A stretch of DNA of 20,000 bases. Origin: Thraustochytrium aureum (Eukaryota). The position numbers and the translations under genes were made by a program. The first letter of the stretch is position 1. Every line of letters starts with the position of its first letter. Below the pieces are notes generated by a model. It had not been told where the DNA came from. It did not search any database and worked only from the letters and a program-made list of their open reading frames with translations. The stretch is from positions 201,022-221,021 of the forward strand of contig BLSG01000073.1 of assembly GCA_012862495.1 (NCBI GenBank), in the 5' to 3' direction. Positions 8,864 to 19,269 of this stretch are shown here, piece after piece.

Positions 8864-9849
8864 ATGAAGGTCTTCCGAGGGTTGCTGCTCGCGGCCGCAG
8901 CGTTGGCCGGGTCTTCGCGCGGCGCCGAACAGGACCAAATCGACCTCGTCAACGCAGTCGTGGCGGACAACGCCAACGCTGTCAAGGCTGCGATTGATAA
9001 TGGCGCCAACGTTGATATCCCGAATATGAATGACGTGGTCCAAAACGCAGCTTATGATGGCTTTTCCCTCATCGGGTTCTGCAAGTCAACAGCGGTGCTG
9101 GACGAGCTCAAGAAAGCCGCGACGTTCAGCCCGAACATGCGGTCGGTTGTGGGGCTCGGAGCGCTGCACTATTGGGCCCGACTCGGAAGGCCCGCGCTGA
9201 TAACCAACCTTGCCAGTTTGGCTGAAACCGACGTGAACATTCAAGCGAATGGCAACGTCTACGCCGATGCCACCCCGCTCAACTTGGTGCTGTTCTCTGA
9301 CTCCAACCCAGCTGCTTCCATCATTGCTCTTCGCGATGCCAGGGCCCTCGTCAGCGTGACCCAATCTAGCAACCAGACAGTGTTGCACAATTTCTTCGAA
9401 ACGGAAACAGTCGCTGCCGAAGCCGTTTTGGCCGAGCTACTCAAGTTTGCGGACGTCAATGTGGCGCTTCAGGTGCGCGATAATCAGGGCCAGACGCCTC
9501 TTCTAATGGCTGCCAAGCTAAGCGGCTCCAACTCGAACCAGGCGGTGTTCTCGGACGTCCTGGCGAAGGACCCGTCCGTGGTCGATGTTGCCGACGACAC
9601 TGGTTCGGCACCTATCCACTACGCTTCCTCCCCTTCGGCGAGCCGCGTTGCGGACGCCGTCGCCATTATTTCAGCCCTGAGCGCAGGCGGCGCCAACGTT
9701 AGCGCCGTCAACGCCGCTGGCCAGACTGGTCTGCACATCGCGGCGTCCCGAGGCACTCTACTGATCTTGAAGGAGCTCATCCGGGTTGGTTTGCGAGACA
9801 CGACGCCCGACAGTGCCGGCCAGTTTGCCCTCCACCTTGTAGCTAGCAA
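8864..9849 (+). CDS. Ankyrin-repeat protein with an N-terminal signal peptide (3' end lost in gap)
   Basis: ATG 8864 begins MKVFRGLLLAAAALAGSSRG-AEQ. Ankyrin motifs include GANVDIPN, GALHYWAR.G, TPLNLVL, NQTVLH, DNQGQTPLLMAA, DDTGSAPIHYAS, GANVSAVNAAGQTGLHIAASRG and DSAGQFALHL. Confidence 0.88.
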
Positions 9850-10199
9850 NNNNNNNNNNNNNNNNNNNNNNNNNNNNNNNNNNNNNNNNNNNNNNNNNNN
9901 NNNNNNNNNNNNNNNNNNNNNNNNNNNNNNNNNNNNNNNNNNNNNNNNNNNNNNNNNNNNNNNNNNNNNNNNNNNNNNNNNNNNNNNNNNNNNNNNNNNN
10001 NNNNNNNNNNNNNNNNNNNNNNNNNNNNNNNNNNNNNNNNNNNNNNNNNNNNNNNNNNNNNNNNNNNNNNNNNNNNNNNNNNNNNNNNNNNNNNNNNNNN
10101 NNNNNNNNNNNNNNNNNNNNNNNNNNNNNNCCTTTCGTTATTTCTCTCTGCCCCTCGCCCAAGCGAGTAGACTCCGATGCGCTGTGCCGTTCGCGATGC

Positions 10200-10890
10200 C
10201 TACGGCTTTTCGGCCTCTAGGTTTCGCTCAAGGAAGCAGCCCTCGAGGTGGTCGTTGACCATCCCAACCGCCTGCATGAACGCATAGACAATAGTGGGAC
10301 CCACAAACTTGAACCCACGGCGCTTGAGCTCCTTGCTAAGAACCTCAGCCTCAGCGGTGGACGTCGGGTTGCTCCGCTTGCGCTCCAAAATGTGGGCTTG
10401 AGCCGGCGCATAGGACCACAGGAACGCAGAAAACGACCCAAACTCCGCTTGGCAGCAAGGGCCGCGACCGCATTCCCTCGCACACTGAGCACCTTGCCTT
10501 TGTGCCGAACAACGGCTTTGGTGGCATCTTGCTCCGCGACAATTTCGGCCAGCTCTTCGTCGGTCATCGCGGCGACGGCGGCAATGTCAAAGTTCTTGAA
10601 GGCCGCGCGGTAGTTTTCGCGCTTCTTGAGCACTGTCAACCAGGAGAGCCCTGCTTGCGCGCCTTCGAGGCAGATCATCTCGAAGAGCTTGTTGTCCTCG
10701 CGCACAGGCCGACCCCATTCCTCGTCGTGGTATACCGTGTACAGGGGGTCGTCCGTGCACCAAAAGCACCTCGACTTGCCATCAAGCCCCACTCTCGAAA
10801 CTTGCGTAGCCGCCACAGCCTTCGGCGTTGGCGTTTTGGTCGCGTTTGCGCCTGCCTTCGGGCCGGTGGCTGTCGCGCTTCCGGTTCTTT
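10200..10890 (-). CDS. tag: DNA-3-methyladenine glycosylase I (TAG family); N-terminus in gap, one indel near 10446
   Basis: RCFWC..DPLY..YHDEEWG.P...DNKLFEMICLEGAQAGLSWLTVLKKRENYRAAF..FD is followed, after a one-base frame change, by EFGSFSAFLWSY and LSKELKRRGFKFVGPTIVYAFMQAVGMVNDHLEGC. The Zn ligands C, H and HxxxC are intact. Confidence 0.95.
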
Positions 10891-11475
10891 NNNNNNNNNN
10901 NNNNNNNNNNNNNNNNNNNNNNNNNNNNNNNNNNNNNNNNNNNNNNNNNNNNNNNNNNNNNNNNNNNNNNNNNNNNNNNNNNNNNNNNNNNNNNNNNNNN
11001 NNNNNNNNNNNNNNNNNNNNNNNNNNNNNNNNNNNNNNNNNNNNNNNNNNNNNNNNNNNNNNNNNNNNNNNNNNNNNNNNNNNNNNNNNNNNNNNNNNNN
11101 NNNNNNNNNNNNNNNNNNNNNNNNNNNNNNNNNNNNNNNNNNNNNNNNNNNNNNNNNNNNNNNNNNNNNNNNNNNNNNNNNNNNNNNNNNNNNNNNNNNN
11201 NNNNNNNNNNNNNNNNNNNNNNNNNNNNNNNNNNNNNNNNNNNNNNNNNNNNNNNNNNNNNNNNNNNNNNNNNNNNNNNNNNNNNNNNNNNNNNNNNNNN
11301 NNNNNNNNNNNNNNNNNNNNNNNNNNNNNNNNNNNNNNNNNNNNNNNNNNNNNNNNNNNNNNNNNNNNNNNNNNNNNNNNNNNNNNNNNNNNNNNNNNNN
11401 NNNNNNNNNNNNNNNNNNNNNNNNNNNNNNNNNNNNNNNNNNNNNNNNNNNNNNNNNNNNNNNNNNNNNNNNNNN

Positions 11476-12694
11476 GCGGCGACGCGGTGGGCGCCGGACG
11501 CCGTGAGGGCGCCGGCCGCCGCGAAAGGCGTTGCGATGCTGCGGGGGCCGGGAAGGGTCAAGCACGGGCTGGCGCTGAGAGACGTGAGGACTGGTGCGAA
11601 GGGCGATGGGCGGGCTGGGAGGCACGATGCGGGCCACGGCGGCGGATGGGGCGGCTCGGAGCGAGTGAGTGGGCAAAGAGGCGCCGGGGTTAGGGGCGGG
11701 GAGGCCGGGTTTGCAGGGCGGGCGCGCGGCGAAGGCGGACGCCGCCCCGGGCAGGGAACGCGCCGCGACGTGGCTGGTGCGGAGCAAGAGGCCATCGAGG
11801 CCCCGCATGGGCTTGAGTTTGTGGCTGGGGCCGCACGCTGTCGCTGCTGCCTTGCTGAGCGGGTCGCGGAGGGCCCTAGGCACGCTGTACTTGCAGAACG
11901 ACCTAGAGAACCACTTTGGCTCGACCATGAGCAACGCGGAGGTCAGCGCTGCCGCGCAGGCCGCTGGGCCCAGTTCCAGACACGACTCGTGTCGCGCGCC
12001 GCTTTGGTAAGTTCGTGTGACGGCCCGGGCCTTATCCTTTGAACGCACCGCCCGTGCTCTCGCTAACTCGCGCGCATCGCCCTGGCCCGCAGGATCGCAG
12101 AGCAGACTATCACCGCGGCGCGGTGCTCGAGTGTGCCCCGTTGGACGTGCCACATACAGAGGCGACCGACTCGCGGTGGGACCTGGGCTGCGGGCCTGGA
12201 CGAAAACGGACAGTCCTGCTCCTTGACCAGGTCCAAGACCCGCAGAACGTCGGCGCCATCCTGCGCACGTGCTACTTTCTCGGCGTCGACACCGTGCTCG
12301 TTAGCGGAAAAAGGCGGCCCCGCTCGGCGAGACCGTCTCGCGAGTCTCGTGCGGCGCGCTCGAGCTCCTTGCGAGCGACGGGCGAATCGCCGCAATCAAG
12401 GGCCCCACCGCCGAGTTTGTCGGCGCTTTGTCGGACAAGGGCTGGCGGTGCGTCGCAACCGAGGTGCCCGCTCGGGCGACCCTGTCCTGTGCAGACCTGC
12501 GGAGCGCGGCGAGCACAGTTCTCGTCCTAGGCAGCGAGGGCGCAGGCTTGCGGCCCGATATCGTGGCCGCTTGCCGGGGAGGTGGCGTGACCATCCCGAC
12601 AGCGGCTCAGGGGCCAGGTGTCGCGCTGGTCGACTCGTTGAACGTGTCTGCCACGGCGGCGATCCTCCTGCACGATTTGGCTGCCTCGGAGTGA
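11476..12694 (+). CDS. MRM1: SpoU/TrmH-family rRNA 2'-O-methyltransferase (MRM1/RlmB-like); 1 intron and 3 indels
   Basis: The pieces join as FVAG-PHAVAAALLSGSRR, VSRAAL|DRRADYHRGAVLEC, LLLDQVQDPQNVGAILRTCYFLGVD, AAPLGETVSRVSCGALE, LVLGSEGAGLR and VDSLNVSATAAILL, covering SPOUT motifs 1-3. The start is either ATG 11536 or within the gap. Stop is TGA 12692-12694. Confidence 0.88.
12007..12092 (+). other. Spliceosomal intron (86 nt) in the MRM1-like gene
   Basis: TTG|GTAAGT donor, GCTAAC branch at 12062-12067 and CCGCAG| acceptor. Removal fuses VSRAAL to DRRADYHRG in frame. Confidence 0.88.
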
Positions 12695-12855
12695 GCAAGC
12701 GGTCGCAGAATTCTCGACAGGCCAACACGGCACGGCGAGCACACAACGGCGCGCCAACGTTGATCTCTAGAGCTGGCTAGTGAGAAACAAGTGTGAAACA
12801 GGGTTACTTTTGTTCATGCGTGCGGTCGGCGGCTCGCCTTCCTCAGAACGTGGGT

Positions 12856-13362
12856 TCACTGTGCCCGCGCACCTTCGCCGCCGCCGCCTCGCAGCGCTTT
12901 CTCCACGCCAGTGATGCCCTCGAGGTTTTCTGTAATAGTTTCCATGCGCCGTTCTATGCTTTGCGCCCACGCCTCAATGCCAACGATTCGCTCCAAGGCG
13001 CTGTTGAGCTCGCCATATGCGTGCAGCCAGCGGCCCGTTTGCTGCATGAACCGCTCCGTCTCCGCCTCGAGCGCGCGGGCCTGCGCCTCAAGGTCGAGCT
13101 GGTTCTTGTGCACGACCACCGCGTCCCGGTTCACGGTCGCTAGCAGCGACCGGTTCACCGAGTGCGCTGCGGCGAGCGCCTCGCCCTTGGCGGCGTCTGG
13201 CGCCCTCGTCAGCGCGAATCGGGCAGGCGAGCAGCACGCCAACGGCGCCCCGCCTCCCGACAAGGCCCTCTCCCCGCCGCAGCGTCGCTTGAACTTACCG
13301 ACCTTGGCGCGGTGCTGGGCGCGCCGCGAGCGCTGCTCCAGCAGCACCTGGTGGAGCGACAT
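12856..13362 (-). CDS. BLOC1S1: BLOC-1 subunit 1 (BLOS1/GCN5L1); exons 13362-13299 and 13196-12856, 134 aa
   Basis: MSLHQVLLEQRSRRAQHRAKV|DAAKGEALAAAHSVNRSLLATVN...HKNQLDLEAQARAL...FMQQTGRW....GELNSALERIVGIEAWAQSIERRMETI matches the BLOS1 pattern NQ..L..E.+.L......F.+QT..W......FN.ALKEIGD.ENWA.SIE.DM. Confidence 0.88.
   Translation of the reverse strand: MSLHQVLLEQRSRRAQHRAKVGKFKRRCGGERALSGGGAPLACCSPARFALTRAPDAAKGEALAAAHSVNRSLLATVNRDAVVVHKNQLDLEAQARALEAETERFMQQTGRWLHAYGELNSALERIVGIEAWAQSIERRMETITENLEGITGVEKALRGGGGEGARAQ
13197..13298 (-). other. Spliceosomal intron (102 nt, in frame, stop-free) in BLOC1S1
   Basis: G|GTAAGT donor at 13298, GCTGAC branch near 13208-13213 and CCAG| acceptor at 13197. 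Removal deletes a non-homologous 34-aa stretch. Confidence 0.85.
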
Positions 13363-13628
13363 CGCTTGTTGAGCAGGCGGGCAGATCCCGTTTTGCCAAA
13401 CCGAGCTCGAGGTCTTTTGCCAAAGCGTGCTCGAGGTCGCGCTTGCGGGCGGGCGTTTTCTGCGCGTTGTGGCGGGCAACGAGGGGAGCAGCAAGGTGGA
13501 TCTCGCGCGCAGTGCACTTCCAGCTCTGTTGCCGACGCAGCAGCGTAGGGTAGGTAGAGTCGTCGACTGTGAACTATGGTAAACTTTAGCTCGGGGACGC
13601 GAACTGCCACAAGTGACGGGAAGCGGTG

Positions 13629-15017
13629 TCAGCTGCTCCCCCCGACAACCCGAATGGGGGACGCGGGTTCTGCGCGAACAGAGGCCTCCGCGTCAGCAGG
13701 CTCGCGAGCAGCTGCACGCCAGGCTTTGGCGCGCGTGTTTGCTGCGAGTCGAGCCTGAAGCGCCTCGACAGCGTCCTTGAAGCTCTCGTCTGGCGGCTGG
13801 CGCCCAAGCGCCGAAAGACCGACGATTTCTAGCATGGTGTTGTCCAGCAACGCTTCGGTGAGGATCGTGACTCCGCAGCTGGAGATCAAGTTTTCACGCA
13901 GCTCCAAGCGAACCAAGGAAGCGCCTTCGCGAATGGCGCGCGCGAGAGCGCCGAGCGCGGCGTCGCCGATTCCGCTGGCCCAAAGGTCAAGCGATGTGAG
14001 CGAGCCGCTGGCGGCGACGCCTTCGGCGAGGACCGCAACGCCCTCTGCGCCCCACATGTACCCGCTGCCGCTCACACCAAGGTGCTCCAAGCACGGGTGG
14101 ACTACAAGCGCGCGCCGGAGCGCCCTCGGGGCGGCCGTGCCCCGCGCGGTCCCGTAGAGGCGCCAATCAAAGTTGCCCCCGACGTCCAGCCAGCGCAGCG
14201 AGACGTTTACCTCGAGGGCCAGGGCGATCTTGCAGACGCCACTCGCGTCAAGCAGCGCGCGGCTAACATCTAGTCGTGTGAGGGAGCGCGTGGATTCAAC
14301 GAGGCTTGCGATGGCACCAGCGCCTTCGGCGCCAATGGGGTTGTGCGAGAGGCTGATGGAGCACAGCCCTGAATTGCGCCGCAGCGCATCTGTGATCTCG
14401 CAGCAGCCACCCGCCCCAATCCTCGCCTCGCTAAGGTTCAGTTGCCGTAAGGTGCTGTTGACGCGGAGAGCCGCGGCAAGCGCGCGGCCCCCTTCGTCGC
14501 CAACGACGTTGCCGTGAATATCCAAAAGGCGCAGTGCGCGGTTCGTTGCAAGGGCTCGCGCCAGCTGCTGCGTGGCGTCCTCCCCGAGTCGGTTATACGA
14601 CAAGTCCACTTGGCGCAGCCCCTCGTTCGTTGCCAAGCTCGACGCGAGCAGCGAGACAAGCCTCGCCGAAGACGGCAGCCTCCTGTGCGGTGCATACAGG
14701 TATCTGACACTAGAGTCCTTGGCCAGCCCACAAAACAATGCCGCGAGCGCATCTTCGCCCACCACTCGCTCCATGTCGACCGACAGCGGCGCGCCAGGCA
14801 GTGCAGCAGCAACCGCCCTCGCCTTCTCGAGCGATTCCACAACAAACCACTTGAACACTCCGGGCGTCATCTCGCGTCTCGTCCCCCCAACAAACATCCA
14901 CACCAGCTCAAGCACCGCGTCCGACAGCCACTGCAGCCTCGTGCCCCTGGGCCGTCCCCCGCCAGCGTCGCGCGTCCGTTTGGCGAGGCCAGCTCCATCC
15001 ACGTCCTCATCACCCAT
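13629..15017 (-). CDS. Leucine-rich repeat protein, ribonuclease-inhibitor-like (NLRC3 C-terminus/RanGAP type 28-aa repeats)
   Basis: Repeats such as LRQVDLSYNRLGEDATQQLARALATN, LRLLDIHGNVVGDEGGRALAAALRVN, LRQLNLSEARIGAGG, LTSLDLWASGIGDAALGALARA and LVRLELRENLISSCG. Likely ATG at 15017 (MGDEDVDG). Confidence 0.88.
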   Translation of the reverse strand: MGDEDVDGAGLAKRTRDAGGGRPRGTRLQWLSDAVLELVWMFVGGTRREMTPGVFKWFVVESLEKARAVAAALPGAPLSVDMERVVGEDALAALFCGLAKDSSVRYLYAPHRRLPSSARLVSLLASSLATNEGLRQVDLSYNRLGEDATQQLARALATNRALRLLDIHGNVVGDEGGRALAAALRVNSTLRQLNLSEARIGAGGCCEITDALRRNSGLCSISLSHNPIGAEGAGAIASLVESTRSLTRLDVSRALLDASGVCKIALALEVNVSLRWLDVGGNFDWRLYGTARGTAAPRALRRALVVHPCLEHLGVSGSGYMWGAEGVAVLAEGVAASGSLTSLDLWASGIGDAALGALARAIREGASLVRLELRENLISSCGVTILTEALLDNTMLEIVGLSALGRQPPDESFKDAVEALQARLAANTRAKAWRAAAREPADAEASVRAEPASPIRVVGGSS

Positions 15018-15175
15018 TCGCCCCCGCCATGCCCAACCAGCCAAGCCCAACAAAGCGAGCTTCCAGGGCGAGCCCAGCCTCGCGCGCCGGCCCTCTCGAG
15101 GCGTGCGCGAGGACGGCCAAGCCCCTGTGCCAGCTGCTCGACGAGCACTCGCCATTGCCCGAGCGTCAACTCCTC

Positions 15176-15201
15176 AACAACAACAACAACAACAACAACA
15201 A
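15176..15201. repeat. (CAA)n microsatellite
   Basis: caacaacaacaacaacaacaacaaca between the divergent LRR and importin genes. Confidence 0.95.
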
Positions 15202-15566
15202 TGGAGACACCTGTTCAATTGATGAATGAAAAGGAGGAGNNNNNNNNNNNNNNNNNNNNNNNNNNNNNNNNNNNNNNNNNNNNNNNNNNNNNNNNNNNNN
15301 NNNNNNNNNNNNNNNNNNNNNNNNNNNNNNNNNNNNNNNNNNNNNNNNNNNNNNNNNNNNNNNNNNNNNNNNNNNNNNNNNNNNNNNNNNNNNNNNNNNN
15401 NNNNNNNNNNNNNNNNNNNNNNNNNNNNNNNNNNNNNNNNNNNNNNNNNNNNNNNNNNNNNNNNNNNNNNNNNNNNNNNNNNNNNNNNNNNNNNNNNNNN
15501 NNNNNNNNNNNNNNNNNNNNNNNNNNNNNNNNNNNNNNNNNNNNNNNNNNNNNNNNNNNNNNNNGG

Positions 15567-18500
15567 ATGGCGGACCAGGAGCAGCTCGTGGCTGCGCTGG
15601 CGCAGACGCTGAGCCCCGATGCGGCGGTGCGGGGCAATGCGGAAAAGGTGCTCGCGAACGCCGGGGATCAGCCCGGGTTCCTCGGAGGGCTGCTGCAGGT
15701 CGCGGTGAACGAGGCGGTGGACAGCTCGGTCAGGCTGGCTGCCGTCGTGCAGTTGAAGAACATCGTCCGATTCAACTGGTCGGTGAACGAGGAGGACGTC
15801 AAGGCTCGCAAGGAGCGGATGCGCGGCCGCGAACAGCGGTACGCTGGATCGACAAAGCACTTTGTCATCCCGGAAAGCGACAAGAGCATCGTGCGCGGCA
15901 ACCTTGTCGAGGCGGTGGCGCGCGCCGAAACCAAGGCGCTGCGGCGCACGCTGGCCGGCACCGTGCAGCACGTCTGCTCGATCGACTACCCAGCCAAGTG
16001 GCCGGACGTAGTTGGCAACGCGCTGGCCTTGATTGTGACGCAAGACCCGTCGCGCATGCACGCCGGCGTGGTGATCCTGACAAGTTGTCAAGCTCGTTGA
16101 TGCACAAGAGCAAGGTTGAGGAGCGCGGAGCGCTGAACGAGATGGTCGGCGCCACCTTCCCGCTGCTCACAGAGCTCCTGCAGGCCCTTGTGCAGCAAAA
16201 CGTCAACGAGCTGTACGCAGCAGAGCTGATCAAGTGCACTTGCAAAATCTTCTTCAAGGTTTTCTACCTCGGCGTGCCCCCGACGCTCCTCGAAGAGGCC
16301 AAGGCGCGCCAATGGGCCGAGCTGTTTTCCGCCGTGGTGCGCAAGCAGCTGCCGCTTGAGATGGTGCCAAGCGACCTCGACGCGAGGCACATGCACCCTT
16401 GGTGGAAGGCCAAGCGCCGAGCCGCGCAAGCGCTGGCTCACATGCTGACCAGGTACGGCGTGGCGAGTCACATCCACCCGTCTTACAGAGGTTTCTCTGA
16501 GATCGTGTCCAAGCCTCACGGAATCGGCCAGGACATCATACTGCCCACCGCGCTGTGGCTCCTTCGTGGTGCGTACTTGGACAATGTTCCGACAACACCG
16601 ACGTTGACCTGCCTGATGCTCCGGGTCTTTGACGAGGCGGTCGAGTTTAGCGTCTTGTTTCAGATGATGAAGCCCGAGCTAAGCTGGCTCGTACGCGACG
16701 TCCTGATCCCCTCGCAGCGCTGGAAGCGCGAGGAGCTCGAAGAGTGGCAGGCCGATCCAGAGGAATTTGTTCAGAACTTTTTCGTCGACAAGGACATGGT
16801 CTTCGTCAGCGAGCGGGGGCCAGATCTCGCCTCTGACGCTGGCGCGTCGCTGGAAATGCTCTGCCGCATGCGCCGCAGGTACGCCTTGGCCCCAACGATG
16901 GAGCTGGCCGGCCAGATCTGCAGCGCGTTCAAGCTGCAGCCAAACGACCTCGAGCTGGCGCTGCAAAAGTCCGCGGCGCTGCGCGTCTTCGAGTCCCTCG
17001 CGGGCCTGCTCCGCCGCGACGAGTCGTTCAACCTTGAGCAGCTTATTGCCGAGCACATCCTGCCCGACATTGCGAGCCCGTTCCCATTTCTTCGTCTTAC
17101 AGCGTGCCGGACGCTGGCCAAGTTCTTCAAGGCCAAGTGGTCGGGGCCGGCACCGCAGGTCGCAATAGCGCAAGCGATCATCGAGCTCTGCGGCGACCGC
17201 GAGCTGCCGGTGCGCGTGGAAGCTGCGAGCTGCATTGGCTTGATGGTCACCACTGGGGGCAAGCCGATGCATCAAGTTGTGCTCCAGGTCATCGCAGAGG
17301 TTGTCAAGCGCCTTCTTGCAGTCACACAGCAGGTGAGTGTGGACAGCGTGTTCGACTCGCTGCGGCTCGTGATCGCCCACTTTCCCTCCGAAGTGATCCC
17401 CTTTGCGCCAGACCTGTGCCGCAACATCGGCGAGGCGTTTTACCGCATCGTCACCGACATGTCTATCCAGGAGGACGACATCCAAGCGTCGGCCGCTGCC
17501 GCAGACTGCCTCAACTCGCTCGACACGCTGCTGTCCGCGCTGGCGCTTGACGCCAACAACCCGGACGGCAACCCGCAAGGGCGCCAGATGCTTTTGCTGG
17601 TGGTGCCCACCGTGACCCCGCTGCTCGACGTGGTGATCGGGATTGCTGGCAATGCGGACAATGCCCGGGAGACGCCGCTTGACGAAATGGCGGACGACTG
17701 TGCCAAGGCGCTCTTTGCGGGGGCGGGACCGCCGTCGACGCAGCTCGACATGCTCGACTACCTTGACACAGCGCTCCACATCATGCACAACATCGTCTAC
17801 CACACGCGGAGCGTCCCTGAGGGCATGTGGCGCTATGTGCCAATATTGGCCCGCGTCGCGGTCGACTTTGGTGACTCGGACTCGCAGAAGAAGGTGATGA
17901 ACAACTTTGAGAGCATGGTGCACTTTGTGCCGCAGGGCCTCATGGCCCCCGGCCCGAACCGCATCAGCTACCTGCAGATCATGCTTGACGTAATCTCACG
18001 CGCGACGAACGAGTACATCCACGAGGTAGAGGAGGCCGACAAGGCCGAGGGCGGCGACGAAGACGACGATGACGACGAGGACTATGAGGACGACGACGAC
18101 GTCGAGGAGGACGAAGACGAGGACTACACCCCCGATGCCCACAAAGCGCACCACGACGGGGAAGGCGACGTCAACGTCCACAATAGCTTCAGCGAAATGT
18201 TTGGCGGTGGCGACGACGGGGACGAGTCCGTGAGCTACGCCTCGTTCCTGCTCTGCACGATCCTGCAATCCTGCCCGGGCCAGCTGGACGCCTATATCGA
18301 GTCCATCCTAGAAACTGCCGTGCGAGCGCTCAAAGCTCCCATCACCGATTCGGAAGTCATGGTTGAGCTGCTCAACGTCGTGGAGAGCGCCGTGTACTAC
18401 AATGCAGAGCTAACGCTGCGGTACCTCGGAGCGAACCACGCGTCCTGGTTCCCTTGAGATCATGTTCGACTACTTGGACGAGCACAAGATGGTGTGCGAG

Positions 18501-19142
18501 AAGATGATCGCCTTCCTCTCCCTGACGCGCATTCTCTCGCTTGCCCCCTCCCTGCTCTCGGACGCAGTCAACAAACTCCGCCCCCGCATGGTCATCTCCC
18601 TCGCCCAGCTCGCCGCTGGACTCGACAACTTGCGCACCGTAATCGCTCAGGCCAAAGCGGAGGAGGCTGCGAAGCGCGAGCAGGACGCCGCGGCGGGCAA
18701 GCGCGTGAGCATCCGCACCGAGGAGGACGAGTACAACTATGCCGAGGACGTCAAGGAGCTGAAAAACCCTGGCGCCGAGGATGTGCCGGAAGACCAAAAC
18801 GTCTTTGACGTCAAGGACAGCGCGGTGTTTGATATGGCCGAGTTGCCAGAGGGCGACAGGATGCGGGCCATGGCTGGGTTTCTGGCAGAGCAGCAAGGCT
18901 TGGACGACGAGGAAGGGGACGACGACGAGGACGAGGACGACGGGACCGACGCGGTCTCGCCTGTCGACGACGTGGACGAATTTGTGTTTTTGTTCACGTC
19001 GCTGGCCCAGGCACCTCCGCAGGCGCGCGCCGAGTTTGAGCAGCTTATGCAGCGCTTTAGCTCGGAGAACCCGGACGTTGCAGGGGTGTTGCAAAAGATG
19101 GTTGCTGAAGGCCAGCGGCGCGCGACGGCTCGGGCGCAGTAG
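15567..19142 (+). CDS. IPO7: Importin-7/8 family karyopherin (Nmd5/Sxm1/SAD2-like); indels near 16080 and 18451-18453
   Basis: IBN_N start (LAQTLSPDAAVRGNAEKVL...VRLAAVVQLKNIVRFNW), DYPAKWP, HPWWKAKRRA....LTRYG, WQADPEEFV, PFLRLTAC and ELPVRVEAA, plus acidic tracts and the C-terminal SPVDDVDEF. Stop is TAG 19140-19142. IPO7 and IPO8 cannot be separated. Confidence 0.92.
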
Positions 19143-19269
19143 GGCCGGGCAGGGCAGGTAGCGACTTGTGCTGCGCCACTAGCTAGGAAAAAACGCTCTC
19201 AGTTGTTCTTGGTCAAGAAAGTCTTTCTGCTTGGTCTCCTGCACTCCCTCACTCCCTGTCCTACTAGCT

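Noticed and set aside
3627..12858. Genome-wide TGA reassignment
   Set aside because: TGA terminates the bZIP, EI24-like, MRM1 and BLOC1S1 genes at plausible C-termini.
15201..15239. ATG after the (CAA)n repeat (METPVQLMNEKEE) appearing in frame with importin
   Set aside because: The frame is computed across an estimated-length gap, and importin already has a family-typical start at 15567.
16070..16105. Programmed +2/-1 frameshift at CGT TGA in importin
   Set aside because: The family spacing fits a shift earlier, at CTG^AC (IL-xKLSSSLMHKS), which points to a single missing base rather than stop-associated recoding.
10200..19142. Calling tag, MRM1 and importin pseudogenes
   Set aside because: Catalytic and structural motifs are intact, there are no in-frame nonsense codons once single indels are corrected, and the pattern fits assembly error.
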